This document shows, piece after piece, positions 1 to 15,337 of a stretch of DNA of 64,000 nucleotides. A model generated the notes under the pieces. The model saw only the letters and a list, made by a program, of their open reading frames with translations. It searched no databases and was not told the DNA's origin. The translations under genes were made by a program, and so were the position numbers. Numbering within the stretch: position 1 is the first letter of the stretch; each line of letters starts with the position of its first letter. Source of the stretch: Eledone cirrhosa (taxonomy: Eukaryota); contig OZ024744.1 in NCBI GenBank assembly GCA_964016885.1, positions 59,892,001 through 59,956,000 on the forward strand, in the 5' to 3' direction.

Positions 1-1408
1 CCAATAGATGAGCGGTGGTTTGGTGACATGATGAAATTAATTTTCTTGGAAAATATAGTGAAAAACAAACAAACAATACAAAGCCATATAAAAAAAAGTA
101 ATAAATGGAAATAGCAGCCTTAGAGAATTGGTTGACACTTCGTCCTTTGAATTAAGTCAATAATAACAGGACACTATCCTCAAAAAGCTTAATTAATATA
201 CACCGTAGATTAATTTCAAATAGTATCAATTGTTTCTGTGTTCTTTAAAATGAAAGATTGGTGTAAAATGACTTATTAAAAGCTGACGCAATATTGGTAA
301 ACCTTCAACTGATACTTTGATCTATAGTTGAAGACGATTCTAGACTTTTGTGGGTCGTCACACACTCACATCTTCACTGACGCACACATACATGTACACA
401 GAAACATACATACAGCGTCTCTCTTTCACTTTCTCTGTTAATAGTTACTTTCGACCCCCCCCCCCCCCTTCTTGTACGTAGTCTTGTCTCACAAGTTACA
501 TACACACACACAATCACACACATACAGCCGCTCTCTCCCGCCGCCTTCTCTCTTAATGTGCGGTCTCTTTCAATTTCTTCTACTCTGCTACAAACTTTTC
601 TCACTGTGTTATTTTCTCCCTTCTCCCTTTCTCTTTCTATGTTTCTTTCTTTCGGTCACATACATATTCTCTCTCACCCTCTGTAACTCTTCCTTTCTTT
701 TAGTCTCTATGTCTGTTTCTTTCACCACCCCCCACTCTTTTTCGAAAAAAGGAGAAAATAAGATTAGCGACCGAAATATAAACATTAGATGATAAACGGA
801 TGATAATGGAAGTATTTGAAAAGTTTAAAAGAAGTAAATCTTGAAATAAACAATACATTATATATAATAAATTTAGTAGATAAATTACATAATATTCATT
901 CATGATTTATTCAAAGTAATCCAATTATTTTAATAACGTGTTCAGAAAAAAATAAAAAGGACACACACACTCGCAGTTCTCCAATCATTATATATTAGAT
1001 AATCAGATCCTGTAAGAAAATTTAAGTTGTGTAAAGTAACTTACTTCCATTTTTCTGGTCACTGGTGTCGCTCCCGTAGACATTCGACGTCACAAACTGG
1101 CGTCTTGAATTCGAGGTTTTTCCACTATTATGTTCCCTGATGTAGTATCTGGAATATATTATTGAAATACGTTACTTAATGTTCATTGCGGCAGCATGAT
1201 ACGCTATCTAGATTTAAGTTTTATTTTCTGATGTAGTGCATTGTAATGACAATTCAAGCGCCTCACCCTAACCCTCGTTGTAAATGCATGAACATCTGGT
1301 TTAGAAATTTTTTCTTGGTTTTATATGGCCAACGTGATTATTACGATTTGCATGTGCAAGAGATTTATTGGTCGGTTATACAGGAATTGTGACCATCTAT
1401 ATTAAAAG

Positions 1409-1500
1409 GGCGGTGGATTGCAGTATCGGTAGAGTATCGGGCAACAGGGTTAGTGGTATTTAGTAGCGACCCTTTACGTTCTGAGTTCAAATCTCGCCGA
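1409..1500 (+). mobile_element. tRNA-derived SINE, 5' fragment
   Basis: ggcggtggattgcagtatcggtagag head and B-box-like gagttcaaatctc; matches the full copy at 28707-28900. Confidence 0.75.
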
Positions 1501-1504
1501 TCTC

Positions 1505-2003
1505 ATGTACTGAACAGAATTTGATTTTCGCCTTGGGTTCAGTTTGCCAAATAGACTCAACTCCTCTCTGCATTTTTAAAAACCTATATTTACCGTTACA
1601 CACATGCGCTTGCACGTGCATCTATACAGCTTGCCACTGTCACCTCTACCTCGTCTGCTATCCACGCTATAGCCATAAGGATTTTTTACTTTTTCAGAAC
1701 AATATGAAATGCTTTTGATCACAGCCTTGCAAAAGTGGGCCAACTGGACTTTCTACACCTTAAACACTCCTATCAACAGTTTTCCAAGAGATGGCGAAAT
1801 GAATAGACCTGCTTTTTCCCGAAAAACCTTTTTTCGTTTCTACTCCTGTTCACTATCTTTCTATATCTTCTTTAATATCTCATTCTCTTTTCTGATGAAG
1901 GACTAGCATCCGAAACGTTAAGCTTTTCCTAGTATATTAAAGGTGAAACTAATATATATCTTCATTGTGCTTCATCGTCTGTTGTGTTTTTCCGTTTACT
2001 TTT

Positions 2004-2007
<4 letters not shown>
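1505..2007 (+). mobile_element. 5'-truncated Penelope-like element (end of endonuclease, pLTR with HHR)
   Basis: Reads EQNLIFALGSV-(frameshift)-PNRLN, resembling the PLE C-terminal E..LI..LG...P.GLN motif; HHR at 1888-1922; ends in (TA)n. Confidence 0.6.
1888..1922 (+). ncRNA. minimal type I hammerhead ribozyme motif
   Basis: CTGATGA a GGA-ctagca-TCC GAAA CGT T; stem III palindrome ACGT; weak stem I. Confidence 0.65.
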
Positions 2008-2046
<39 letters not shown>

Positions 2047-2170
2047 ATGCTTTGGGAGGGGCATGTTGCCAATAAACACACGTACCAGTTGTTTTCACTC
2101 CAATTTATTATAAATTAAAAAGAATTTTCAAAAAAAATGTTCATAAAAAATAAACGGTTATTAATATATT

Positions 2171-2213
2171 GTCAAAGTTCTTTCGTCACACATTCTGTGA
2201 CCTCTTCAGTGAC
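2171..2213 (-). ncRNA. minimal hammerhead ribozyme motif in a PLE-like 3' end (element about 2042-2285)
   Basis: Minus strand: gtca CTGAAGA g GTCACA..TGTGAC GAAA GAACT T tgac; stem I gtca/tgac; related copy at 30017-30059. Confidence 0.7.
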
Positions 2214-2282
2214 TGGGGATTCTTTTCTTTGTTTTGTGCCTCTCCTTTGTTCTATCCTACGCCATCTTGTTTTTGTGTGTGT

Positions 2283-2438
<156 letters not shown>

Positions 2439-2819
2439 ATAACGATGATTGTAAAAATAAGGGTTGGTCATGTAGAAGAACAAATATCGTATCAGTCCGT
2501 CCCATTATCTATTGAAATAGGAATGTAACATAACAACCTTATTCCCGAAGATGCTGTCCGATGTAGTCTTGCTGGTTGTTGCTTTACGTAATTATGAACA
2601 GCACAGACACGTATTACGGCGAATTCTGAATAAAATTAGATATGAATTTCTAAATCTGGCCTTCACAATTGTCAGTATTAAACGTATAATCTATCACAGA
2701 CTACCAAATCTCATTTGGAAGAATACACAAGACGTTGAGTGCTTGAATCAGATTTCATCATTATTTACTGATTGGAGTGTTGCATACACAGCCTGGTTGG
2801 TCAGCGTCTTACACACATA

Positions 2820-2973
<154 letters not shown>

Positions 2974-3021
2974 GGCGCGTGTGTGAAGTATATATTGGTC
3001 TTTTACAGTTCGATTGAGTGA

Positions 3022-3245
3022 AGGCGCGTGACCTAGTAGTTAGAGTTTGAGGTTTCTGATCATGAGTTCGATTGCTGGACCGGATGGCTGTATTCTTAAA
3101 CAAGGAACTCTATTTCACGTTGCTCCAATCCACTCAGTAAGAAAACAAATGAGTTGCGACGACACGAGTGCCGAACTGTATCGGCCCCTCCTTTCTCTAG
3201 GACAACATTTTTGGCGTGGAGAGCGGAGACTTGCCTTCTAAAATA
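3022..3245 (+). mobile_element. degenerate tRNA-derived SINE (second family)
   Basis: A-box-like ggcgcgtgacctagtagttagag and B-box-like gagttcgattgc. Confidence 0.45.
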
Positions 3246-3655
3246 CAACCATTCCAGGTGAACACGCATCTTTAGTCATGCCCGTGGGGGCCTCTTATGT
3301 CATGTCACATGGCGATCAATTGGAAGCTATTTGACGTGCACACCACCATAAATATGTCAGCTAATTTCAGTTGGCAATCAAAACCAGTAGGCCAGCTTAA
3401 TTCGCCCAAATATCATTATCTCCATCTATCACATAATTCCTCATATGTATTTATTTAATTCTATGCCAAGCAAAAGATAAGCACGAATTCCATCATAATT
3501 TATTTTTAAGTAATTAATTAAATGTAGAAGCTTCTATTTTGTTTTATTTCTGTTTTTGTAATTTTCTTACAGCAGATATTTTTGTAGAATGCTATTAATG
3601 TTTGCAATTTTTTCTTTTAGTTTTGAAATTTTATAAATGTTATGAGAGGTTTTCA

Positions 3656-3767
<112 letters not shown>

Positions 3768-3776
3768 CCATATTTA

Positions 3777-3838
3777 TTTCATTATATATATTTCAGGGAT
3801 ATCATATTAACAATATGTTATGCCTTCATCAGACAAAA
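3777..3838 (-). ncRNA. hammerhead ribozyme motif (left-arm copy)
   Basis: Reverse complement of 7131-7192 with one stem I change (G-C to G-U). Confidence 0.8.
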
Positions 3839-4616
3839 AACAATATAAACAGTCTTATAAATAAATAGATATGACATACCTTTCAATCGACTTGCATTTG
3901 GGAAGTTGATTTGGCAGTAAAAAATATTGTGGACAGTTGTAAAAAGAAAGAGAGAAAGAAAGAAAGAAAGAAAACGAAGAAAAAGAAGAAATGCATGTGA
4001 CTAAATAGAGAGATATATAAAGATAGATAAAGAGAAGAACTTCATGTAAAGGAACAGAGAGAGATATATAGAGAGAGGAAAAAAAAGAAAGAGATAGATA
4101 GAGATAGATATAGAAACTAGGTAGTTGAGTATCAGTTGATACATTTATAGCTCTAGTATTAATGTAAAGAGAGATGTATGTAGTTAAGAGAGAAAATAGC
4201 CGTTATATAGAGAGAAAAAAGAGAAAATGAAAAAGAGAAAATGAAAAATAACCAGACATAAACGAGGCAGAGTTTAAAAAACGCTATGTTTCATCATGTA
4301 GAAAATATTAGTTCGTATAAAACAGGCATTATAATGTAAATATCAGTATTCATGAATGAGACATGTATCTATAATGTGTGAAAAGTAATGATCTTATGTC
4401 TAGTTTTTAAAAATTCATATGTTTATATCATAATTATAAACAAACTCCCAATTCACACGAAAACATTCTCATTGTGCTATAAAAATTCAAGTATACATAT
4501 GTGTGTATATATACACATATATATAGAGTCTATATTAATTTTAACAATACTATTCTTGTCTTTTCTCTACATGATTGTCGATCAAGCAGAAATAGAGAAC
4601 AGATTTCAATATATTA

Positions 4617-4816
4617 ATAAAAATAAAAATAATAAAAATAAAAATAAAAATAAAAATAAAAATAAAAATAAAAATAAAAATAAAAATAAAAATAAAAATA
4701 AAAATAAAAATAAAAATAAAAATAAAAATAAAAATAAAAATAAAAATAAAAATAAAAATAAAAATAAAAATAAAAATAAAAATAAAAATAAAAATAAAAA
4801 TAAATAAAAATAAAAA
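4617..4816. repeat. (AAAAAT)n hexanucleotide repeat
   Basis: About 30 near-perfect units; the mirrored tract at about 6263-6350 is shorter and irregular. Confidence 0.95.
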
Positions 4817-5287
4817 TATCAGAGACAAGAAAATAAATAAATAAACAGAAAACTAAAACATTTAATATTAAAAATAAAAATATTACAAAATATTAAAAAT
4901 ATTAAAAAATAATAAAAATAAAACATAGTATGCCACGCAAATCGGTCACAAATCATCAGCCTTTCAAAGTTAATTGACAATATATTGCCAAGTTCATCAT
5001 AAGCATCAGAGTCGAAACAGATAAAACAAAAATTATTTACCAAATCCTGTCTAGCAGAAATCATTCCAAAAGTTTAGGATACCCATTTGGTCTACATATG
5101 TTCTTATATTTAATATAGAAGTTTATCTAGTGTAAAATTTAATTCGATATATTTGGAGCATCAGCTTTTAGGGTAGTTTAATTATTCATGAAGAATGTTT
5201 TAATAAAAAGAATGTTTTAATAAAAAGAAGAAATCGAAAGATTTATCGGCTAGTTTCATAAATAATTACAAATCAAATCAAACATAA

Positions 5288-5785
5288 CTACATTTTAAAT
5301 TTAAATTTATATTTAAACGTTGAGTTTAATCTATGTCTGCAGCAACTGAATAAATTTGTCCGTAGATTAAGGGAATTTTTAGATTTTAGTATAAAGAATA
5401 TCTCCTCCGCACAGAGGTCACATGTGTCAGAGGATGAATTAAAAGGAATCCCTCTTGAAACTATATTCCAAGTCGTCGAATATCTAACGTTATCATGCCT
5501 AAGTTGCCAGAGTACGCCTGATAGTGCTGTTGAAGATTTTTTGGATGGATCTGTGAAAGAATTCTTGTGGTTGTTATAGCGAAGTTTAAATTCCGTCGAT
5601 GTGGAACCAACGTAGTTAAAAGAATTAACGTCCGTTTTAACATTACAGTTGTATATTATATTTTTAACTAAGCAGTTGTTATTTAACGGACATTTAGATC
5701 TATCTCTACAGTTACATTTGTTAACTTGGATATTATTTATGCTATTATCGCTAGGTTTTAAGTTCCTATTATTTATTCTATTAAT
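5288..5785 (-). CDS. GIY-YIG endonuclease domain of a Penelope-like element; 5'-truncated, stop-free, absent from the ORF track
   Basis: Manual translation: KCNCRDRSKCPLNNNCLVKNIIYNCNVKTDVNSFNYVGSTSTEFKLRYNNHKNSF..STALSGVLWQL..WNIV..CDLCAEEIFFI..LNLRTNLFSCCRH..FKM*; homologous to ORF 33407-33907. Confidence 0.9.
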   Translation of the reverse strand: MNRINNRNLKPSDNSINNIQVNKCNCRDRSKCPLNNNCLVKNIIYNCNVKTDVNSFNYVGSTSTEFKLRYNNHKNSFTDPSKKSSTALSGVLWQLRHDNVRYSTTWNIVSRGIPFNSSSDTCDLCAEEIFFILKSKNSLNLRTNLFSCCRHRLNSTFKYKFKFKM

Positions 5786-7130
5786 AATGTAGTTATGTTT
5801 GATTTGATTTGTAATTATTTATGAAACTAGCCGATAAATCTTTCGATTTCTTCTTTTTATTAAAACATTCTTTTTATTAAAACATTCTTCATGAATAATT
5901 AAACTACCCTAAAAGCTGATGCTCCAAATATATCGAATTAAATTTTACACTAGATAAACTTCTATATTAAATATAAGAACATATGTAGACCAAATGGGTA
6001 TCCTAAACTTTTGGAATGATTTCTGCTAGACAGGATTTGGTAAATAATTTTTGTTTTATCTGTTTCGACTCTGATGCTTATGATGAACTTGGCAATATAT
6101 TGTCAATTAACTTTGAAAGGCTGATGATTTGTGACCGATTTGCGTGGCATACTATGTTTTATTTTTATTATTTTTTAATATTTTTAATATTTTGTAATAT
6201 TTTTATTTTTAATATTAAATGTTTTAGTTTTCTGTTTATTTATTTATTTTCTTGTCTCTGATATTTTTATTTTTATTTTTTTTTTATTTATTTTTTATTT
6301 TTATTTTTATTTTTATTTTTATTTATTTTTTTTATTTTATTTTTTTTTATTAATATATTGAAATCTGTTCTCTATTTCTGCTTGATCGACAATCATGTAG
6401 AGAAAAGACAAGAATAGTATTGTTAAAATTAATATAGACTCTATATATATATGTATATATACACACATATATGTATACTTGAATTTTTATAGCACAATGA
6501 GAATGTTTTCGTGTGAATTGGGAGTTTGTTTATAATTATGATATAAACATATGAATTTTTAAAAACTAGACATAAGATCATTACTTTTCACACATTATAG
6601 ATACATGTCTCATTCATGAATACTGATATTTACATTATAATGCCTGTTTTATACGAACTAATATTTTCTACATGATGAAACATAGCGTTTTTTAAACTCT
6701 GCCTCGTTTATGTCTGGTTATTTTTCATTTTCTCTTTTTCATTTTCTCTTTTTTCTCTCTATATAACGGCTATTTTCTCTCTTAACTACATACATCTCTC
6801 TTTACATTAATACTAGAGCTATAAATGTATCAACTGATACTCAACTACCTAGTTTCTATATCTATCTCTATCTATCTCTTTCTTTTTTTTCCTCTCTCTA
6901 TATATCTCTCTCTGTTCCTTTACATGAAGTTCTTCTCTTTATCTATCTTTATATATCTCTCTATTTAGTCACATGCATTTCTTCTTTTTCTTCGTTTTCT
7001 TTCTTTCTTTCTTTCTCTCTTTCTTTTTACAACTGTCCACAATATTTTTTACTGCCAAATCAACTTCCCAAATGCAAGTCGATTGAAAGGTATGTCATAT
7101 CTATTTATTTATAAGACTGTTTATATTGTT

Positions 7131-7192
7131 TTTTGTCTGATGAAGGCATAACATATTGTTAATATGATATCCCTGAAATATATATAACGAAA
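7131..7192 (+). ncRNA. hammerhead ribozyme motif (right-arm copy)
   Basis: ttttgt CTGATGA AGGcATA..catatt-gtt-aatatg..TATcCCT GAAA TATATAT A acgaaa; 6-bp stem I; palindromic stem III ATATATAT; AATAAA directly after. Confidence 0.85.
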
Positions 7193-7357
7193 TAAATATG
7201 GTTTTATAAATATAGTTTCCATTTATTTAATATCATAAATATACTCCAAATACTTGTTGAGTGCTTTTATATCAGTTATAAATATTTACTCGTTGTTAAC
7301 CCAACAATTTAAATATAACTTTCCATGTATATATATATTTGTGTGTGTGTATGTATG

Positions 7358-7445
<88 letters not shown>

Positions 7446-7660
7446 AGGTATGTAGATATATATACACATATGATGCCGGCCATCTTATCTACTTGTTTGA
7501 TGTAAAGCGATCCCAGGTTAGACCATTATAAACTGTATGGCTGATAGAGTGGTGGTGATTAACTGTGCCGAGCAGACATTAGTAATATTTCAGCTCTGTT
7601 GATTACATAAAGGGTTCTTTCTCCTTCTACCTTTTACAGAAACCATCGATACTAGTATAT

Positions 7661-7767
<107 letters not shown>

Positions 7768-7947
7768 CACACACACACATATATATATAATTACATAATA
7801 AACAACACAATATAATTATTCCATCACCAAAGGTTTCAAGAAACTAGACGATCCTTACAATACGTTCATCAGATGAAATAGTTATGTTTTGGATATAAGT
7901 TTTAAAATTGATATCAATTTCAGAACGTATATCCAAAACAGAACTAT

Positions 7948-8089
<142 letters not shown>

Positions 8090-8126
8090 TCATCATCTTA
8101 CGTCCGCTTATACACACGCACACGCA

Positions 8127-8923
<797 letters not shown>

Positions 8924-8962
8924 ATATATATATATATATATATAAAATGAAATGAAATTTCA

Positions 8963-9010
<48 letters not shown>

Positions 9011-9019
9011 AAATGTATA

Positions 9020-9180
9020 CAGGACTAGAACTGTTTCATTCGTATGAAATCACTATGTGAATGAAATAGTTCTAGTCCTTAAAAGTCATTTTCATATAAA
9101 ATAGAATAAGAAGGCCTATTATCTACCAATGTATTGAGTACATTTTTAAACTGTGATTATCCCCAATACATCACGGGAAT

Positions 9181-9183
<3 letters not shown>
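9020..9183 (+). mobile_element. short PLE-like 3'-end family with a 5' hairpin (other copies 15958-16122, 30118-30300)
   Basis: aggactagaactgtttcattc ... gaatgaaatagttctagtcct hairpin followed by a shared tail; the 30118 copy retains CTGATGA..GAAA. Confidence 0.55.
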
Positions 9184-9278
<95 letters not shown>

Positions 9279-9292
9279 ACGCACACACACAC

Positions 9293-9329
<37 letters not shown>

Positions 9330-9331
<2 letters not shown>

Positions 9332-10795
9332 AATAATAATAATAATAATAGTAATGATTTCTTTATTGGCCACAAGGGCTGACATCAAGAAAAACATTAC
9401 AGACGGTACGGTACAGGACGGCACGATGTGGGTTTTGTGCGTGTAAATATTTTTATTATTTATATAAGAAAAGAAAAAAAAAGACATAGAAACATATATA
9501 TATATATAAACAATAAAAATGAAAATTGAAACATTGAAAAATTCCCCAATAGGGGGGAAACCTCCGAGGTTTACTCGAGGCGAAAATCACACAAAAGACC
9601 ACGGCCACCCTGACCACCAGGGCAAGCGCCCTCTCTCAATTTTTCCATCTCCCAAACTACAGGCGTGTATTCAGAGCGGTCCCGTTCACTCGGACCATTC
9701 TCGCTACATTCACCCACCTTTCAACAAACTTGCTAGAAGGCAGCACTTCCCTCTCCACCCTGATTTTCCTCTTCAAGTGAAACTTGAAAAAGTTAATTAG
9801 GGATTCGCCGAAGAGGAAAGTGTCTGTCTTTAACCTTTTCAACCTTGTCCACCACACAATCTCTTTCGCCATGGCCACCAGGCAGATGAAAACCGCCTGC
9901 CCTTCCTCCTCGAAGGAAGACGGCGAGACCATCTGCACAATTGACTCAGTCGATAACCGGATCAGTCCTACACGCGACAGCAACTGTTCCACATAGCTCC
10001 ACAAGTCAGCAATACTCGGGCACTGAACGAGTGCGTGCACGACGGTTTCGTCGCTCTGCGCGCATCTCGGACAGGCTCGGCTGACGGCACTTCCGTGCCT
10101 GTAGAGCTTATCTCGACGGATGCGATGTACGCATTCGCCACCTCCGCCCGGCCTTTCAGGGACAGCTTCCTCTCGGCCCATTTCTGGGTGAGGGAGGCCA
10201 CCTTGCTTGTCACCTCGTTCCAGTTTTTCTCCATCTGGAGGTCCGGTCCGAACCAGACCCCGAGCAATTTAACCGGTCCGTCCGTCCAACGCCCCACGAC
10301 GCTGTCGGACGGCATGGACTTGCCTCTCCAGGTGCCGAGCTGCAAGCCCACCGTCTTTTCCTGGTTTATCTTTGCTATGTCACCGCTTCGTATTCTTTGA
10401 GAGCGGTGCCGAGCATCTGTACGTGTCTGGTGTTCGACACCACCACGGTGATGTCGTCGGCGTAAGCCGACTCGGATTTCCCGCATCCTAGTTCGCGTGG
10501 GACGCTTCTCATCGCCCTCAGTTTGTGTAGTAACGGCTCGAGAGCCAATACGTACAAGAGGGACGAGAGGGGACAACCCTGGCGGACTGAGCTCATGATG
10601 CTGAACGGCTGCGACAGGCGACCGTTCACCCTCACAACTGAGCAGATGTCGCTGTACATCGCTGCGATCCAACCCCTGAAAACGGGCCCGAAACCGGCTG
10701 CCTCGTGGACCGCTAGCAGGTACCGATGGTCGACCCTATCGAATGCTTTGGATTGATCCAAGATGATCAGAGCCCCACTCGTGCCAGGTTCCTTA
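9330..10795 (-). mobile_element. Tx1-like (L1 clade) LINE, 3' part of ORF2 with an internal deletion
   Basis: LDQSKAFDRVDH, SVRQGCPLS, AYADDIT, CPRCAQSDETVVHALVQC; AATAAA and (TTA)n tail at 9330-9368. Confidence 0.9.
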
Positions 10796-13520
10796 ACCAC
10801 ACAAAAGACCATGGCCACCCTGACCACCAGGGCAAGCACGCTCTCTGTTTTTCCGCTCCTCAGTAAACAGGCGCATACTCAGAGCGGGTCCGTTCACTCG
10901 GACCTGACATGCCACTTTCACCCACCTTTCAATAAACTTACTAGAAGACAACATTTGCCTCTCCACCCTGATTTTCCTCTTGAAGTGAAGCTTGAAAAAG
11001 TTAATCAGGTATTGGCCGGAGAGGAAAGTGTCTATCTTTAACCCTTTCAACCCTTCGCCATGGCCACCTGGCAGAAAAAACTGCCTGCCATTCCTCCTCT
11101 TTAAAGGACGATGGCGGGGCTATCTGCACAATTGACTCAGTCGATAACCGGATCCGTCCTACACGCGACAGCAACTGTTCGACATAGCTCCACTAGCCAG
11201 CAATCCTCGGGCACTGAACGAGTGCGTGCAGCACGGTTTCGTCGCTCTGCGCGCATCTCGGACAAGCTCAGCTGACGACACCTCCGTGCCTGTAGAGCTT
11301 ATCACGAACCAGCAACGCTCCTCGGTAGTACTGCCAGGCCACGGATTTCTGGAAGTTGTCCATAGCCCCGGGCTGAAAATTCTCCTGAAGAGAGTGAACA
11401 GCTGATCTTCTTCGACGCCCAGGATCTCTCCGAGAACGTCGTCGCTCTTTCCCTCTACTAGCCCTCGATAGAACGCCGAGGTGGATGTTCCACCGATATC
11501 AGTGACCAGCTGGTAGAGGGGGTGAGCGCTTGGAGACATTCCAGCTTCCAAGCGCTATCCCTTGGTTTTTTCCTGATCCAGGACTGCAGCTCCGTCAAGG
11601 AGACGAGCTGGGGAAAAGCGTGTCTAGCAAACGGTGACTACACCTGTTCATCGTCAAGGAAGCACCAGAGATGTCGCAGCCTTAACGCATGTTTGCGCAT
11701 CATCAGCCACGGCATGCCCAGTCCTCCTCGCAACGGGTGCTGACAGCAGATGGATCGTCTGACCAGGGGAGCACGTCTCTTCCACAAAAAGCGGAAGAGA
11801 AGGCGCTCCATTTTGGTCAGAGTTGGGCGGGGGCAAGGTACGACGGTCAGTCGGTAGCAGATGACGGACGCGATGTACGCATTCGCCACCTCCGCCCGTC
11901 CTTTCAGAGACAGCCCCTCTCGCCCCATTTCTGGGTGAGAGAGGGCACCCTGCTCGTTACCTCGCTCCAGTTTTTCTCCATCTGGAGGTCCGGACTGAAC
12001 CAGACCCCGAGCAATTTAACCGGTCCTTCCGACCAACGCCCCACGACGCTGTCGGACGGCATGGACTTGCCTCTCCAGGTGCCGAGTTGCAAACCCACCG
12101 ACCTTTCCTGGTCTTTCTTTGCTCCTGTCACTTCTTCGTATTCCTTGAGTGCGGTGCCGAGCATCTGGATGTGTTTGGTGCTCGACACAACCAGAGTGAC
12201 GTCGTCGGCGTACGCTGAAACGGATCTTCCGCATCTCAGTTCGCGTGGGACCCCCTTCATCGTCCACAATTTGTGCAGTAACGGCTCGAGGGACAGTACG
12301 TACAAGAGGGACGAGAGGGGACAACCTTCGCGGACCGAGCGCATGTGACCATTCACCCTCACATTCGAGCAGATGTCGCTATGCATCGCAGTGGTCCAGC
12401 CCCTAAAAACGGGCCCGAAGCCGGCCGCTTCGAGGACCGCAGCCAGGTACCGATGGTCGACCCTATCAAATGCTTTAGATTGATCCAAGTTGATCAGGGC
12501 CCCACACGTACCAGGTTCCTTAACCACCCTCTCTATGATGTATCGTATGAGATGGTGGTTGTCGTGGATGGATCTGTCCGGAATGGCGTATGTCTGCGCC
12601 TCTCCCACCAGATTATCGACGACAAGCGCGAATCACTTAGCTAACACTTTGGCCAAAATCTTGAACTCTGCGTTTAGTAGAGTTATGGGCCTGAAGTTGG
12701 CTCTAACGTCCCCCTTGTCCGGGTTTTTTCTCAGCAGCACCACCGCTCCCCGGTCACAAAACTGGGAATGCTCCCGTTCTGCTGCCACCCTGCTTCCAAG
12801 ATGATCCCAGGCCACGTACATTTACACTGCCAATTCTGAGTACGGCCATGCTGGGTGAGAAACGGGGTAAGTGAGAAAGGGTCACTTACTTTGATCGTGT
12901 GGGGAAGGGATAGTAGAACTGTCCTTTGGGTTGGTGGTCATGGATGTCTCCAAGATGATATCTGTATAGATTCTTTTAGAGAGTGACCCCCTGAAATCCC
13001 CAACGCAGTTGGGGTTTTTTGTTTTAACTGTTTATAATCTTCGAGTTTAATTTCGACAATGTATATATTCTTTTGTAATGTTCTTTGTGTTGGTTGGGTG
13101 TAGTAATTTATGTCTGCAATGCCTGTGTGCTGTTTTATATGTTCCATTAATCCTTTGTGTGCAATGTTTATGGCTGTGTACCTTTTTGAGGGTGGGGTGG
13201 GGGGCTGTTTTCTTGTTGTTGCTGTTGGATGTGTGTGCTTTGTTGTGTTTGCGATGTTGGCGTTTTCGGTGATGCTGGTGGTGGTGTGGTTGTTGTTGGT
13301 GGTGATGCTTGTGGTGGTGGTGTTGCTGCAAGTCTCCTTGCGGCCTTTACCCCTCTTTCTTTGATTTTGCTTTTGGAGGGCGAAGCTGTGGTGCATTTGC
13401 GTTTTGTTGTTTTTTTGCCAACCGTTTTCCACTCCTCTGTCGCCTCATACTCCATGTCCGACTGTGAGAGGTCGGAGAGGGGTATGAGTTCTACCCTCTC
13501 ATTTGCCTTTGTTGTTGTTG

Positions 13521-13552
<32 letters not shown>

Positions 13553-14910
13553 GGTGGTGGTGGTGGTGGTGGTGGTGGTGGTGGAGCCTGGTTTGCCGCT
13601 CCTGGCACAGGTGCAGCTAGTGCAACTGTTTCTGCTGCTGCAGCTGCCATCACTGATTTTGTTGTCCGTGGTTTTGGTGTTGGTGCCACGGACGTTGTCT
13701 TCCCACTCTCTGTAGAAGCTCCCGACTTTTTCGCTGACTGCTCTGTTTCTGATGGCAGCAGTTCCGGCGTTTGAAGGAGGGGGACCTTGGGCTTTGTTAT
13801 TTTCTGTGGGCAGAAAGCTCTGATGTGAGACTTTGATCCACAGTTGAAGCATTTTGGGCGCCTTCCTTGAACAGATCTGGGAAGTTGGGAGCCATTCCCG
13901 AGGTCTATTACGTCGGAAATAGCGCTGATGCAGCCCTGGTCGGTTTGGATGAGCATCTCCATTCCAATACCGGACCAGTCCTCTCTCCCCAACTTCTGTA
14001 CCTGCAGAATGGTTGTTTTATCTTCGATGCCTGCTAGACCAGACACGACCAGCCAAGGCACAGGTACGTAGGGCGGGACCTGGGTTACCTTGACCGTTGC
14101 AACTTTTTTCCCGCAGTAAAACGGGACTAACGTTATGTCATCAGTTCGTAGGGTCCTTAGTGAGTGCGATTTTGCTTCCTGGGTGGTAGCAAAAAGGACG
14201 TCCACAGTAGCATATTTCTTGCCACGGGTGATGTGGGTTTTCCGTGTCCACACAGTTTCCAAGGCCTTCTGGATTTGGGCCTCCGTGGCAATCGTGCGGT
14301 ACGGCACTGTGCGTCACTCATGTTCCTCCAGGAAGTCGGTTGGTGGTTTCAAGGACACTGACAATTCAGTTCTGGTTACCATCTGTCTTGCGACCGCCAT
14401 CTCCTCCTCTGTGATGATCATTGTTTCTACGTTGCGAACCACCTTTTTCAGAGGCATCATTGTTGCTGCCGCTACTGCTGCTACTGGTCTTGTTGTTGGT
14501 GCTGTTACTATTGCTGTTGCTACTGCTACAAACGGTGTTGGTGTTGCTGCTGTTATTACTGTTGCAGTTGGTTGTGTCTTTGGTGCCGCCGTTGTTGTTG
14601 TTCTCGGTGCAATTTGTATTGTTGTTGTTGTTGTTGTTGTCGCTATTTATTTTCATGTTAGTGGTGTTAATATTGTTGTTGCACATGTCATTTTTTCTGT
14701 TGTCTCTAGCTTGGTTGTCGCTGTTACTGTTGTGGTTGGTGTGGTCATTTGTTTTAAATTAGTGTTCTCAGTGTTATTGTCATTGCTGTCTTTATTCACG
14801 TTGTTTGTGGTGGTGTTTGTTGTATCAATTTCTGTTTGCCGAAACCCTCCAACTTTTACGGCGTTGTCACACGACAGCAGACATATCGCTGGGGTGGCTC
14901 AGCCATGTTT
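10796..14910 (-). mobile_element. Tx1-like LINE: ORF1 plus deleted and frameshifted ORF2
   Basis: ORF1 zinc knuckle CFNCGSKSHIRAFC; ORF2 start MAVLRIGSVNVRGLG at 12849 joined directly to the RT region; NFRPITLLN, AYADDVT. Confidence 0.9.
12938..14690 (-). pseudogene. LINE ORF1 (gag-like, CCHC knuckle) with a stop and frameshift
   Basis: ORF 13168-14307 continues upstream past a TGA at 14314-14316; poly-P/poly-T from triplet repeats. Confidence 0.8.
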
Positions 14911-15274
14911 TTTTTGTTTTTTTTTTGATAATTTTTGAATGTAAAAAGTTCAAATATTTGGGCCAAAAAGCCCAAATATTATTTGGAAATTAGTAAACCC
15001 TTTTCCCCAAAATATACAAACTACCATACAGTTATTTCTAATGTTTTTGTAATTTCATCTATAGACACATTAATATAACCCTAGAGGAATAATAATAGAG
15101 GTGGAAGTGAAAGGGAAATAGAATTAATAGTCAAATAAGTAGATTCGAACTAAATATGCCCTAAATCAAAACATTAGTCTTAAATGTTCCTTAAAATAAT
15201 AAGTAAGAAACTATATATAAACGATTATGTATATATACATTATGTATATATACATTATGTATATATACATTATG

Positions 15275-15335
<61 letters not shown>

Positions 15336-15337
<2 letters not shown>

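Noticed and set aside
1130-1250. Two ctgatgtagt motifs, one followed by gaaatacgtt, resembling HHR cores
   Set aside because: Core deviates and no convincing stem II or stem I
4819-6261. Two identical 81-aa ORFs on opposite strands
   Set aside because: A by-product of the palindrome arms; no recognisable domain
7820-7878. Minus-strand CTGATGA..GAAACCTTTGGTG
   Set aside because: Stem II does not pair and position 17 is G; at best a decayed relic (similar relics at about 2543-2625 and 51213-51245)
14135-14938. 267-aa hydrophobic plus-strand ORF resembling a membrane protein
   Set aside because: Antisense shadow of the low-complexity LINE ORF1
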